From Trichinella spiralis (Eukaryota), in contig NW_003526940.1 in the NCBI RefSeq assembly GCF_000181795.1, forward strand, positions 1,334,242 through 1,398,241: DNA of 64,000 nucleotides, written 5' to 3'. A model generated the notes under the pieces. The model did not search any database. It saw nothing but the letters and a program-made list of their open reading frames with translations, and was not told where the DNA came from. The translations under genes were made by a program, and so were the position numbers. Shown here one piece after another: positions 51,447 to 64,000 of this stretch (its first letter is position 1; every line of letters begins with the position of its first letter).

Positions 51447-54400
51447 GGAGAGATACAAAATGCTTACAAGCAAATCCCAATAAGTTGAACAAATTAAACT
51501 GAAAGTCGGTGTTGTTTGACACTGTACGGCAGGCACCTGAAAGAGATCGCTGAAAAAGGCAAATGCTGTGATCCAACTGCCAATGCTGAAATCGAAACAA
51601 AAATAAATACAAATATCGTTTACATACAGACACAAGAGTAGTAATGGAAAATCAAATCTACCAGTTAGCGGTAAACAGTGAGTAACTTGAACGAAAAATA
51701 AACAAACATCATACAACTGGATTAATGACAAATAGCGGAATAACGTTGCACAATACCTATTAGCAAGAAGTCGGTTCGGCCAGCTCAAGGCAGCAGCGAC
51801 GATTGAATTGTCAAAGTTATTGGCAATTCATACTGTAAAAATGTTCTCTCGGAAGAAATGAAAATTCTTCCTATGCATCTTAATAATAGCACCGTATTTA
51901 CGTTCAACAAAACGCGCAAGCGTGACCTTCGCAAAACAGCGTCGAACAACAATGCAATACCAGCTGACCGGAAAAATTACCGTAACATTTTCGAGAAATA
52001 AAGTTCAAATACACTACAGTATGCGTAAAGTTACGAAACGATGAGTAAATTTTGTTTGTGAATTGGAAAAAAATAATGAAATTCAGAATTCAAAATTGAA
52101 CAACATTAAATTGTACAGAAGAAAAAAAATACCAACCGTACGCGTGCAACTGCTGAACAATCAATGATCAACGAGAAAATGAAACGCCCAATTAAAAATA
52201 TACTTTGAACAATCGCTTTTCAATGCAAGCAGAACAGCGTCAAAGTGTAATTTTTTCAAGGTCGAATGAAAAAAAGAGGTTTGCTTTTTTAAATAGTAAA
52301 AAATTCAGCTCGCATGATTTCAAAGGTGAAGTTTGTGAAATGGCCGTTGATTTGCCAATCAAATCGAACAATGGTTGCCAGTGAGTAAAGTTTGCACTTG
52401 TGGGGAAAAAATTTTTAAATTTAAATTGAATATTTTGAACACTGATCACAAGATATGAAAATAGCAAAAAGAAACAACAGTTGTTGTGATCATTGGGTTT
52501 GCAATGTTATGCGTATGATTCAGCTTGTGTGATTGGGTGGAAATTTCATTTTTGTTTATCAAAACTAGACAGAATTAAATAAAATACAAAAATAGTAGTT
52601 TGGAAGTGCACAAAAATGTCAAGGCCGTCTTTGTTCACCACTGCTACCAGGGGTGGGTTCTCTCCATGGACGATCGTTGACATGCATTTGCATTGGGTGT
52701 GCGAGAAATTCAAAGTTGATACTCCTTGTTCAGTATATAATGCTGGCAAATATGACCCAGTTCCAGTGCAACAGTGGCTTCCTATTTCGATGACAATGAT
52801 AATTTAGCGTTTATTTTTGCGAAACACCTTTGGAATTTAGAGGGGCAGAAGAGGTGAAACTTGAACAAGAAAATCCTTTTTCAAACTTCTATACTTCTAG
52901 CATACAATTTAAATAAAACTTGCACCTCCTGACGAACCTTGACACACAGACGAGCGTAAAACTGATCGAAATGAAGCGTTTCGAAAATAACGCCCAATAC
53001 GATAAGTAAATGATATAATTAAGAGGGGAAAAATTTGCAAAATGAATTTTCCACGATTTTACAACATCAAAACTTGTAGAGCAATTTTTCCAGTCTGAGA
53101 AAACGAGTGATCCAATAATAATTTTACACACCAATTTTTATTACCTAATTTCCCTTTTATCTTGAAAACTTGCTCAAACATCAACAACCGGATGTTTAAT
53201 TTATAGTTTGTTCAAAACATTGTATACTTTTTCTTACTGACTGCTATCAATATTATCAACTGCTATGTGAGTTTGGAAAAGTTCCCAAATTTTAAAATTG
53301 TGAATCTATCAATTGATGAACACTGATAAACAATTAAATTCTACTGAAATATTAGAAATTATCATTTAAAAAATAAATACAACTTATGAAATTTGCTTGT
53401 TGCTCAAAAATAAAAACTATTACCGATAGTTTGATGAATGGACGATATAATTTTATTGTAAAAGTGTTCGCTCGATGATCATTATTTATTTGTAAAAAAA
53501 AGCAAACAACAATGTGAATGAATGAATGAAGTGGAGAAATTGAACTGCTACTCTTCTTCGTCGGTTGTGTTAGAAAAGTGACAAATTTGACAAAGCGCGT
53601 CACGACCCGATTTTGCAAAGACAAAATCAGTCGTGTCCGATGAACAGAAATTTAAAAATCCGGCTTCGCAAGCTGCAAGCTGTACCAGTTTCACCAGTTG
53701 AACAATGATGTTAAACGGAGAAATTGTTTAAGCTTGAATTTTAATGAATAAAAATCAAACTTTCACAATACCCACCCACCCTGGTCATCTTCAACTTTGA
53801 ACATTGCCAATTGACAGTGTTTGAAGACACAAACGCAAACCATGCAACAAGGCGTTTGGACAATAATGACAACAGTGTTCGGGTTGAAACTACTGTTCAC
53901 GCATACTGTGCACAAAATATTCTATTCTCTATCGTGTACAAATTGAATTGCAAATGGACAAGTGTAAAATGACAAGTACACTACTGATAAACGGTTTTTA
54001 ATCATCAAAATATGATCACTGTCAGCAGACAAAGAATAATAAGAAACAAGTTGAAAGAATGCTTGAAATTATACCACTGCTTTTACAAATTCATTTCAAT
54101 AAACACCCGTCACAAATATAAAATGCGAAGAACATTATCAGAAAAAGAAAATTTTTTTTTAACGATACCCTATTACGGTATTATATAGCAAGGTACGAGT
54201 TTTCGATTATTATTAAAATATCATACTGCATGCTGTTTGGCGAACTAAATTAAATTTTATTACTATCATAACCGGTTAATATTCTTTTTTTCACTTTAAA
54301 ACAATACCAATTTACTTTTGCATTAAACAACTGTACCAGTAGAATGCTTTGATCGAGTTGTGAGCTTACATATTAATGATTAAAATGTGGAATATTTTTC

Positions 54401-54935
54401 TATTTTGTTTTCTCTTACTTTCGTCATATCACTTGTTTGAATACCACAAAACTGCAGTAAAACACGCTTTAATTACTCATTTGAGTACTACAGTAAAGAC
54501 AATATGATAATAAAGTACAAATACAGTCTTCGAACACAAGTGCTTCAAATATTTTTTGCTACTGCTTTTTGACTGTACACCACGAAACAAAAAATGCAGA
54601 TATAAAAGTAAAACATGCTTTGCTCAATTATTTATTAAGAAAATACATGCTACAACACTACGCAATGAAGTTGATATTTGAAATTTATGAGCGTTATTTA
54701 AAAAATTCAATTAAAAATCTTCTTTCACACTTGTCAAGTTGTTTACAACATAAAATTGCCATTCTAAAAATTCAAAATACTTCAGTTGTTTTTAACTTGA
54801 ATACTAGCAGTTTTCAAAGTCTGTATGTTCAATGCAAATTCCCAATAAAGAAATTAATGTTTTCTACAAGAAATGTATATATTCAAATGCTGCCAAGCAA
54901 AAAATGTATATTGAAAGCAAAGTTCGGCATTATCA

Positions 54936-57900
54936 CTACAAGAAACTTATTTCATCGCCTTGCTTTACATTTGCAAACTCTTGGAAAACACCAATTACAA
55001 GAACGAGGTAGTCCTCTTCTTTCAAATTCAGTGCATTGTATTCAGTTGGATGGTTGTCAAGAAGATACTTGCGCACAAACTTGTTAGGTGGGAAAATATG
55101 AACTGAAAGTTTTTTCTAAAAATAAACAAATATTTGAAAAAAACAATAATTTGTTAAATGAACAAAGCTGTTAACCTGCTGAGCTGACATCTCTTCTGTA
55201 CTGCAAAATCCAATGTAATTTCCCACAAGCATATCGTTTACCAAGGATCTCACAAAATCATCACGAGGTTTTGCTTGCTGTTCAAGTAAAAAGTAATCGA
55301 CTCGCAATATAACAATCGCATGATCATTCTCCTTAAAAAATTAAAACATCAGCTCAAAGATGGCAATATACAACAATTTATAAAGAAATAATTAAACATA
55401 TATATACTCACTGGTACAGTTTGAAAGAGTCGGTCAACGTAAATGTGATATTGGTTTGATTTCACCGCTTTCAAGCCGTCAATGACAAAAGATGCCATCC
55501 TGCCACTGGCCTTTCTCGGAACTTTCCTATCCAACTCTGACATCACTTGATACACTACCTGTGTGCTACCCTTTACACACCGGAAAGCAAGTTCGAAATA
55601 TTGGGTACTTGTGTGCAAACGTGCATACCAAATCAGTGGATAAGCCTTAATGCAATTAAAACATCATAAGAATTCATTAATATGCAAAAAAATAGGAAAT
55701 TTCAAAAAATAACACAAGTCATTTCACTTTGCATAATATTCTGCAAAGTGAAGTTATCTTTCGTTGACATGACTAATGACTAACAAGAACTAAATCAGCG
55801 CAATATGTTTGTTTGTTCACTTACTTTGCTTGCAAGACAACAACAACAACAACAAGTAAAAATATCTCAGTCCAAGCCTTTCATAAACAGTATTAATTAA
55901 ATTTATTTATATGAACAATATCTGCCAATTCGAAATGTTATAAACGACAACAGTAATAATAATAACTGTTCATAATAAAGTTCTACAGTGGACATTCAAT
56001 TTTTTTCTGTTTTCATAAGGAAAAAATTTTCAATAATAATCTATTATTTATTCTACTATCAATAAGTTGCTATTTTTAATAATATGTTTTTGTTCTCAGC
56101 ATGTAAAAAAATGAATCACTGATAGCTTTTCTCATGCATTCTATATTTTCAAGAAGTTTCACATTATAATTAATAAAGCAAACCGTTATTCAGTTTGACT
56201 TCCGGCAAACAACCCCCAGTTGAACATTAAATTTTAAAGCAATTTACTTTTACTCTAAAATCATATCCGCAAGAACCATAGTAAGATTTAAAAATTACAT
56301 CAACTGGCCTTCCAGGTAATTATCATTATAAAAGATACAATTTGCATATTGTTGTTCTTGCGTTCAACTCAGAAAAATAGAGTTTTTTTCACTTTCATTA
56401 AGCTAATCCTTGTCACTGAATAAATAAACATTTCAAAAGCTTTTTCTCAAATGCTTTTGCTTAAACTTATTCCCTTTTATACCCTCAACAAATGTTTGTA
56501 TAGAATATGTATATAAATATATATAATTTTTGACAATTTATTTTTGTTCAACATTATAAATAGATGACTTAAAAATTACTATGCCAAAAAAAACAAAGAA
56601 AATTCGTTCTCATCTACCTATTTAATTATATTATCCAAAAAATCAAACTTTTATCTAAGTTTTTTAAACAATGTTTCAAATTTATTGGCAACTACTGCTT
56701 GTCGTCCCATGATTCGTTTAATACAAAATCAAAAACAGCTTGTGTAAGGAATTTTAAAGTAAAAAAGAAAAATAAGAAAACGATTTCCTCCATCCAATAA
56801 ATATACGAGCAATTTTCTTTACAATAGATGAGATTGTTTTCTTAGTGTATGAAAAGGAAACTTGTCTTTTCAAGTGCTAATAAACACATCAGTGTACAAG
56901 CAAATTTACAAACTCGCCAGAAGAATTAATCATGCCAATAAAATAATAAAATAATAAAATCAAAATCTGCCCAATAGAAATTCGATTCAAGCATCTTTTC
57001 AAAAGCATGCAGTTCAGAATGGAGATCAATTCACAGTATGATCAATCATATTAAACAGAAATAATCGATCACTCTCATTTTGTGCTTGAAATTTAAAAGA
57101 TGCAATTGTATTTGGAAAAATCAATTCAAACTAATTTTTCATGTTCAAGTTGATATCATCAACATAATGTAAACAAAGTTATTGTACTTTTTATGAATAA
57201 TAATAAATCGAGATTCGAAATAATGAATAACATTATTCAACTGTTGTACTTTATAACTAATTTCAACAGATTAATAATTAGAAAAAAAAGTTATCAATGG
57301 GCACAAGTGAATGTAAATTGAGTTGAAAAAATGGATACTACTTACCTGATAAAGTTGAACAATGCTGCCTAATTCTTCTGGACTAACGTTTCGTCTGTTT
57401 CGTTCCGCATAGTATTCCAAATTTCGTGTCATCAGTACAAATTCGAAACGATTTTTCGACGACAAGTATCGATATATTCCATCCAAGTTGTAAGCGTTCA
57501 AGGTTGTTGTAACGAGCACCGGATCCTCAGGCAATCTCGACCCAATTGGATAGAACAAAGGCAAAATATGCTGAAATCGCTGCAACTGGGGTATCAGCCA
57601 CCCTTGAATATATAAATTTACAATTATATACATATATATGTAAAAGAATAATTTCATACATGGATGTCTCAGTGAAGAGGAAAAATTCGGCCAGTTCATG
57701 TGTGCAAAGTATGCAGTCATATCTTGTGGGAGACTACAGAATGGTGACCAAACTGAAGACGGCGTCTGGATAGTCATGATTGGTGAAACACCGGTAGCAG
57801 GTAGTCCGTCACCACCGACAATTGGAGGAGCATAGTTGACGTTTCCAATCGGATCGACCGGGCAACTTGGTCCTGGAGATGCACCTATGACACCTTGAGG

Positions 57901-59509
57901 AATCAACCCGTACTGCATTGGGCCTGCAAAAGAAAAAAAAGCACGAAAAGCTCGATTACTAGTATTGTTCAAGAGAAGATCCACTGGGTTTGTTATTATA
58001 TATCTATTCTACAGTTGCATGTGGGAAAAATTCACTTGTACTTACTGTGCGATGGAAGCATTGATATTGGCACACCGGGACAATTTCCATAGGCAAAACC
58101 GGGCGGGACAGCATTGGAGAAATTAACTTGGGGAAAAGATGGAAACTCGCCACCAGCAACCGTCGCCACCGGGTTATTCATTTCCACGTTGGTTGGAAAA
58201 TTTTGCTGAATACCGCCGCCGGTTATGTTTCCTATTTCGTCGGATGTAATGTTCACCACCGATTGTTGTTCTTTGGAACTTCCTAATGCTTCATTTTCTG
58301 AATAGTTGAATCAAAAATTAAAAAAACGTTAAAAGTAAAAAAAATGAATTTCAACTATTGTGAAAACTGCACCAGAAAGATACGCACTACCAAGATATAT
58401 TGGTTCGTCATCGTCATCCACTTTTTTGCGGTCTTCATCACCACCTTTACCATCATGATCATCAGACAATGGTTGTTTATCTGCTTCAAGATTATTATTA
58501 TTCTTCATTGCAGTTGCTGAACAATTGTCAGAAGATTCTTTGGCAACTGTTTTAGATTCGCCGGTACTAAAAGTGAAATAAAATCAACCACCAAGAACAT
58601 ACAGAATCGATAATTCAAAAATACTTTTCAGATTGAAATGATTTTGCTGTGGATTCACTCATTTCCAACAGTTCCGAAGCTGTTTGTGAAATACCTGACA
58701 ATATGAATAATAAAAATGCACATGAAATTAATTACAAGTATAAGGAAAAGTTTTACTAGGCGAATCATGCATGTGGTAATCTTCGATATTCTGAAGCAGT
58801 TTGTTGTATTTGTTGGACAATTTTTCTTCACGTTTGCAAGCTTCGCTGTCCAACAGTTGTACACGTTCGATTATTTTTTCATTCGCTTCTGCATTTACAG
58901 CAATATCCGAATGTTGGAGCAACTGTTTGAGCACTTTTTCCGTGCAAGAATCACCGACGGACGAGGAGTCGAAAATTTCAGAAATATACAAAGCATTCTT
59001 TTCCGAACTCTCTTTTGGATTGAAGTCGAGAAATTTGACCAAATGATAATTTTGATTTTCCTCCTCTTCCGGCTGATTTATTCGTGAAATGAAATCTCTC
59101 GGTGGTTGAGCTTGGACCCTGGCGCCCACGGTTCCTTGGATACGTTTGAATTGAACTTCGTCGTTCAATTTGTAAGCTGTACCGTTTTCGACCACTGTCA
59201 AAGTTTCAAACAAATTTCCTTCTCCTTCTTCAACTTGATTCGACGATTTTCTACTTGCAACAGCAGATTTCCTTAAACAAACAATAATATTATGAACCGT
59301 AATTCAAAAATGTTCATGTTCAATTTCATCAATTAATTACCCTTGATCGAGTGGATTAATCAGATCAGAATTAGAACGGCTTTCGGGGGAATTGCTTTTC
59401 GATATCAAATCAGTGTTGCTTTCATGAATGCTCAGGTCACTGCTGCGAACGACTTGAAATTCCTCGCTTTTGCTCACTCTTTCCATTTCCTCTTCAACTT
59501 TCATCACGG
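54936..59509 (-). CDS. Protein with divergent C-terminal SPOC domain and long acidic/Pro-Gly-rich N-terminal region; 5' end lost in the gap
   Basis: 3' exons 57602-57346, 55645-55412, 55331-55176 and 55115-54936 join in frame to give LYQAYPLIWYARL..FRCVKGS...SVHIFPPNKFVRKYL..HP...EDYLVLVIGV. This matches Spen/RBM15 SPOC landmarks (YPIVWQGxL, HFVSG, LQIFPPCEF, HLMIVI). Upstream exons lie at approximately 57660-57923, 58042-58297, 58370-58566, 58739-59271 and 59341-59509. Confidence 0.7.
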
Positions 59510-59780
59510 NNNNNNNNNNNNNNNNNNNNNNNNNNNNNNNNNNNNNNNNNNNNNNNNNNNNNNNNNNNNNNNNNNNNNNNNNNNNNNNNNNNNNNNNNNN
59601 NNNNNNNNNNNNNNNNNNNNNNNNNNNNNNNNNNNNNNNNNNNNNNNNNNNNNNNNNNNNNNNNNNNNNNNNNNNNNNNNNNNNNNNNNNNNNNNNNNNN
59701 NNNNNNNNNNNNNNNNNNNNNNNNNNNNNNNNNNNNNNNNNNNNNNNNNNNNNNNNNNNNNNNNNNNNNNNNNNNNNNNN
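59510..59780. other. Assembly gap (N run)
   Basis: 271 N characters. Confidence 1.
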
Positions 59781-60179
59781 GTCTGTGATAGAATTCAATA
59801 AAGTATTCAGAAAACGGCACTGAGCGATCGGCAGGTCTGGTGAATAGTAGACAGTCAGAATGATAATACAAACTGTTGAAATACGGAGGTCAGTAGAAAG
59901 TATGTAAAATATTATAAATCTTGACGAAACAATTGTGCAATTAGAAATATGTGCATTGTTAATGTGACTTCATCACTAGAAAGATTGCGTAATCTTGAAT
60001 GGAATATTTGAAACCACGAGATGAAGTGCGTTACAGCTAATCACAACTGAAGAATTCGAATCAATTAGGAATTAGACAAGAGAAACCAATGAGACAACGG
60101 CACAAAGGTCCAATAAAATAGCGAGTTCAACGACCAGTAAAATTAGACGGTGAAAATTTGTCCCGAAATCGGCCATCCC
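59781..60179. repeat. Interspersed repeat / transposon end adjoining the gap
   Basis: 59991-60179 is homologous to 1-172. It ends TGAAAATTTGTCCCGAAATCGGCCATCCC, whose reverse complement resembles the left terminus of the 46106 element (GGGATAGTC...AAATTTTCA). Confidence 0.75.
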
Positions 60180-60848
60180 GTTCTTATCATTATCTACCTA
60201 TCTTTTTGGAACTGCCAGTGATGCTGAAAAACCATCCGGAGTGTTTGCTGATGTTATTATGATTATGACATCATTATCAGAAAAATACAGAACTAGCATT
60301 ATGTGTACAGCTTTTGGAGAAATTCAACAACAATATTTTCTTAATCAAGTAAATATTTTCAATTTTTATTACTTATTAATGCATATTTTAAACTAAATTA
60401 AATTTATCTGAGATACATTTTTAAAGATTACTGATTTCATCGTCACATCAGTTACGCACATTTTTTCATATCTGGAATAAAACGTAAATTTAAATTTCAA
60501 TTAATTAATATTAAAAAAATGTCTATTCAAATTTATGCGACAACAAAGTACATCCAAGCAGATGTGTGCCTGTGTAGGTTTCTAACAGATTTCTAATAGA
60601 ATGTCATTGGAAAAGCTTACATGAATCAATCTTGCACAAAACAAAATAGTAAACAAAAACATTTTTAATTAAGCTTGAAATAAGATTTGCTATAGACGTG
60701 TGTAGACGAAAAGGAAAAAAACAACTGTAGTTTCTAGTTTGAAATCTTTCTGAGATCATCATCAAAGTCGATGAATTAATTCACTGTTTGTATGGAAATT
60801 CACTAAATTATAAATAAGACTAACGGACACATTATTAGCTCCTCCAGT

Positions 60849-63800
60849 TCAATCTTCTGATCCAACTGAGTCCATTAACAAGTCAATCAAATGCTGCCGC
60901 ATCTTTCTGCTGATATGCTTGGATGCATTCAATACACTGATCAACTGCTTATTTGTATAAACCTATAACTAGCAAAAATGAACAAACACACTGTTTTTTC
61001 ATTGTTGAAATCAGAAATTTTTCACACGACTTGTGCTTACATTTCTGCTGTTCATAATCCACTGCTCTATAGCTGATTCAGGAATATAATAAGCTTTGAT
61101 ATAATTTTCGACAATCTTCTTTTCATTGACCAACCTATTTGTAAATTGTTTCCACTGAACAATTTTATTTGAAAAATGAATACAAAAAAAAGAGAAATAC
61201 CTTGCACCGCAAAGTCTTTCAATGCATAACAAAAGTTGCTGAAAATCCAACTGCATCAACGCTCGTCCTTCCCCGCTTGATTTTTTCACGTTCGAATAGC
61301 TGGAAATTTATATTTGCAAAAATTATATAAATTATTTTTAAAAAAAAGAAAAATTACACCTTTCAATTAGACAGTCGAAAAGAAATTTAGCGCACAACTG
61401 CCAGAGTACGGTGTGAAATTCTTTGGGGATTTTTTGCTTCAAGTGAACATCCGCAAGACGTCTGTTGAAACGTACCAATGCCTGTAGAAAAAGCAGATTC
61501 AAAAAAATGCATATACGCACAGAAAAAAAGTATTAAAATCTTGAAATGATATTTTACAAGCACAATGTCGTCAACGTAAGCGCTGTGCTGTGACATCAGT
61601 TCACCAATTTCCCAGTTCACGTTCGCTATGGCTTTCTCAATGGCAGCAAAATCAAACGCATCGAAACAAGGAATTTGGCATATCTCAGCTCGCATTTCAC
61701 AAACTATCTCCAAATTCTGAAAAATACATTGATGTAAAAATGTGCATAAAAAGCTATTTTTCAAAACAGCAGCATGAAAAGCATGAAAGCTCACGCAATT
61801 AAAATGCATCGTCGTTTGCACAGCTGCAACTAATACTGATTGATTACTGTTATTAAACAAAAATATGTTCACGACGTTCACGAAAAACTTATTTTTAAAA
61901 ACAGAGACAAATAATCTGATATTGTTTTGTTTGTTTGTTTGTTTAAAATTTTCGTCACAAACTTTGCTATTGAAATCTTCTAATAATGTTCGTTGATTGG
62001 GTAACAGGAGACGAACTATGGCGGGTATCATTTCAGACAGCTGCTTTGCAACGAATATACTACAACAACAAAGTTGACATTGTACATTCATATATAATAT
62101 TGCATAAAACATTTTTTTACACTGATTCAGCGCAAACAACGCGTTTTGCAAGCCCGAACATATTTTCTGAGCTTGAAAGCTCATCTGAAATAACGGAATT
62201 GTTCGCTGAAACTGAAAACCGTACAGTTTAATAATACTTTTCAAAACTGAATTCCACTCATCATTAGAGCTCACTTGGAAATCGTTCTGCTTCTTTGTCA
62301 AGCGCAGATTCCACTTGTGAAACAAGGCAGTGAGAAATACGAGATAACATTCGTTTATTATGCAGCAATGGATGCAGAAAGATTTTACACACCTCCAACA
62401 ATCATTTGACGATTGTAAAAAAATAAACAAATAAATAAAACTGCTTACTGTTATTAAATAATAATTGAATAATTCAACCAACGCCGATATTACAGTAAAA
62501 GACAGACTCGAATTCACGCAACAAATTTGTAAGTAACGACCTGAAATTCAATTCATTAGTTTTTTAAACATTACAAGTATCTGTTCATAAGAAGCTAAGT
62601 GTAATAAAAAATTATCGTTTTTGTTTACAAAAACACTTTAAAATTGTCATAATTAAAGTTAACATTGCAAAAACCTACCAATATAACGCAATAACATCAA
62701 TGCACTGTTGGACAAAATTGGATCCATGTCGTCAACTGATGGACAGATTAGAACTTCTGAATGACTGAAAATGCAATTATTATTAATGTAACATCAACAT
62801 TGTACACTAAGCTTGCTCTACTCTGTTGAAAAAGTGTGTTCAGCAACTGCATTTGCACAATTCGCTTCATCTGTATGCAATGAAGTATGCATACCGACAT
62901 CAGTTTTCTGAAACAACAACTTTTTTTTTAAAAATAAATTAAAATCCAACGCACTGACATAGTAAAAACCATTAACTGCATAAATTTTAATAAAAAAAAC
63001 AATTTGAATGTACCGTAACATTTGAATCATCATTCAAGTGTTCAAAAGGATTAACAGTGTGCGGTTCCATTCGAGCAGTTGGCTTTCTTTTGTCACAGTC
63101 CTCTTCAGCAACAGAACAACTACTTTCGTAAACTTTAGAAAAAGCAGAAAATTCCTTAAAAATACAAATAACATACTTAACAGAAATTAGATATAAAAAG
63201 GAAATGCTAATAATATTATCAACAAAATTATTATTACCGGTAAACTTGACCATTTAAATAAGTGTTCAACAGGAACCGCTTCCCAAGCATCAGTTTGAAC
63301 GTACAGACCGAGCTGTTCAATACAGTACGGATGCAAGGCGGCGAAGTAGGCTATGCTTTTCTCATTTACCACTTCGGTCAGATCAACAGCAGCATTTTTC
63401 ACATATTTTCCGGCAAAATCCGAAAATCTACAAAAAAATGTTAAAACAACAACATTTTCTTAAATTCAATTAAGAAGGAAAAATATACCCACCTATGCGT
63501 GAGTTGTAAAACTTGCACAAAATCTTTGAAATCTAAGTTACGAAAATTCGAATGCTGAATAACTGTAGCCACTTTAAAGGTGGCTTTCATCCAGAGTTGT
63601 TCAATTTCTTTGTTTAAAAAATTCTCCTCACCATTATCATTGTTCAACAATTCTGAATAATTATAATAATTATTATTAATTATAATTTCAATTCTGTAAT
63701 TAATATGAATCAATTCAAAACAAGAAAGAAAGTTAAACAAATGTTTCATTTGCTTGTGCTATTGAAAACACACGTCAGAATAAAACATTCGATAATAAAG

Positions 63801-64000
63801 GCAAAGTTATGGATACCTTGAACGGTAGAATGTTCTTCATGCCACCAAACGACATTATGATAGCAATATATAATTTGCCACAAAAGTCGAAGGAGTTCTT
63901 TGATACAAGTAGAATATTCGTGCAATCGAACTGTCTGAAACGAACAACACTAAATAAAATAACAATGAAATTTAATTTGATTAAAATTTCACTTTTGCAA
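60849..64000 (-). CDS. VPS50: VPS50 / syndetin (CCDC132, EARP complex), 3' part; continues beyond the window
   Basis: VNWEIGELMSQHSAYVD, YSNVKKSSGEGRALMQLDFQQ, VENYIKAYYIPE and YTNKQLISVLN..ISRKMRQHL match the recalled syndetin C-terminus. TDAWEAVPV occurs upstream. Stop TGA at 60849-60851. Confidence 0.92.

Noticed and set aside
50538..51788. 416-aa single-exon reading of ced-6
   Set aside because: The upstream part runs through microsatellite and intron/UTR sequence (CLSVCLSV). The likely start is MSKAK at 51383, and the exon ends at the GTAATA donor after 50634.
52546..52807. GC-richer patch with overlapping short ORFs upstream of ced-6
   Set aside because: No recognisable motif and no convincing splice linkage to ced-6; cannot be called.
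54569..55087. 172-aa plus-strand ORF
   Set aside because: Antisense to the last exon and 3' UTR of the SPOC gene; AT-rich composition and no recognisable motif.
59337..59871. Four ORFs with poly-X
   Set aside because: Artefacts of reading through the N gap.
61387..62517. 376-aa minus-strand ORF
   Set aside because: Chance read-through of VPS50 exons and introns in mixed frames; not a separate gene.
63657..63816. VPS50 intron starting GTATCCAT as a possible U12-type intron
   Set aside because: It deviates from the GTATCCTT consensus, and I see no TCCTTAAC-like branch site near the acceptor.
1..64000. CRISPR arrays, tRNA, rRNA or prokaryotic defence systems
   Set aside because: None seen. 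The window is intron-rich eukaryotic DNA, and the recurring sequences are gene duplicates, transposon arms or microsatellites.

Overview
AT-rich eukaryotic genomic DNA with many short GT-AG introns. The gene content (an expanded DNase II-like family, decayed FLYWCH/MULE transposons) points to a trichinellid nematode such as Trichinella; that assignment is an inference. 0.4-18.2 kb: a cluster of five six-exon, signal-peptide-bearing DNase II-like genes (four intact, one pseudogene). All five lack both canonical HxK catalytic motifs and show a mosaic pattern suggesting gene conversion, with variation concentrated in exons 1-2. 22.2-24.1 kb: a divergent CPEB-like tandem-RRM gene with no ZZ finger. 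25.4-26.8 kb: a decayed MULE transposase. 29.7-34.4 kb: peroxidasin. 36.3-45.7 kb: Integrator subunit 1. 46.1-48.5 kb: a Mutator-like element with ~300-bp inverted repeats and a 9-bp direct flank. 49.1-51.4 kb: CED-6/GULP. 54.9-59.5 kb: a protein with a highly divergent C-terminal SPOC domain, whose 5' end is lost in an assembly gap. 60.8-64 kb: 3' part of VPS50/syndetin. All exon structures were read by eye from splice signals and reading frame, and no database searches were run.
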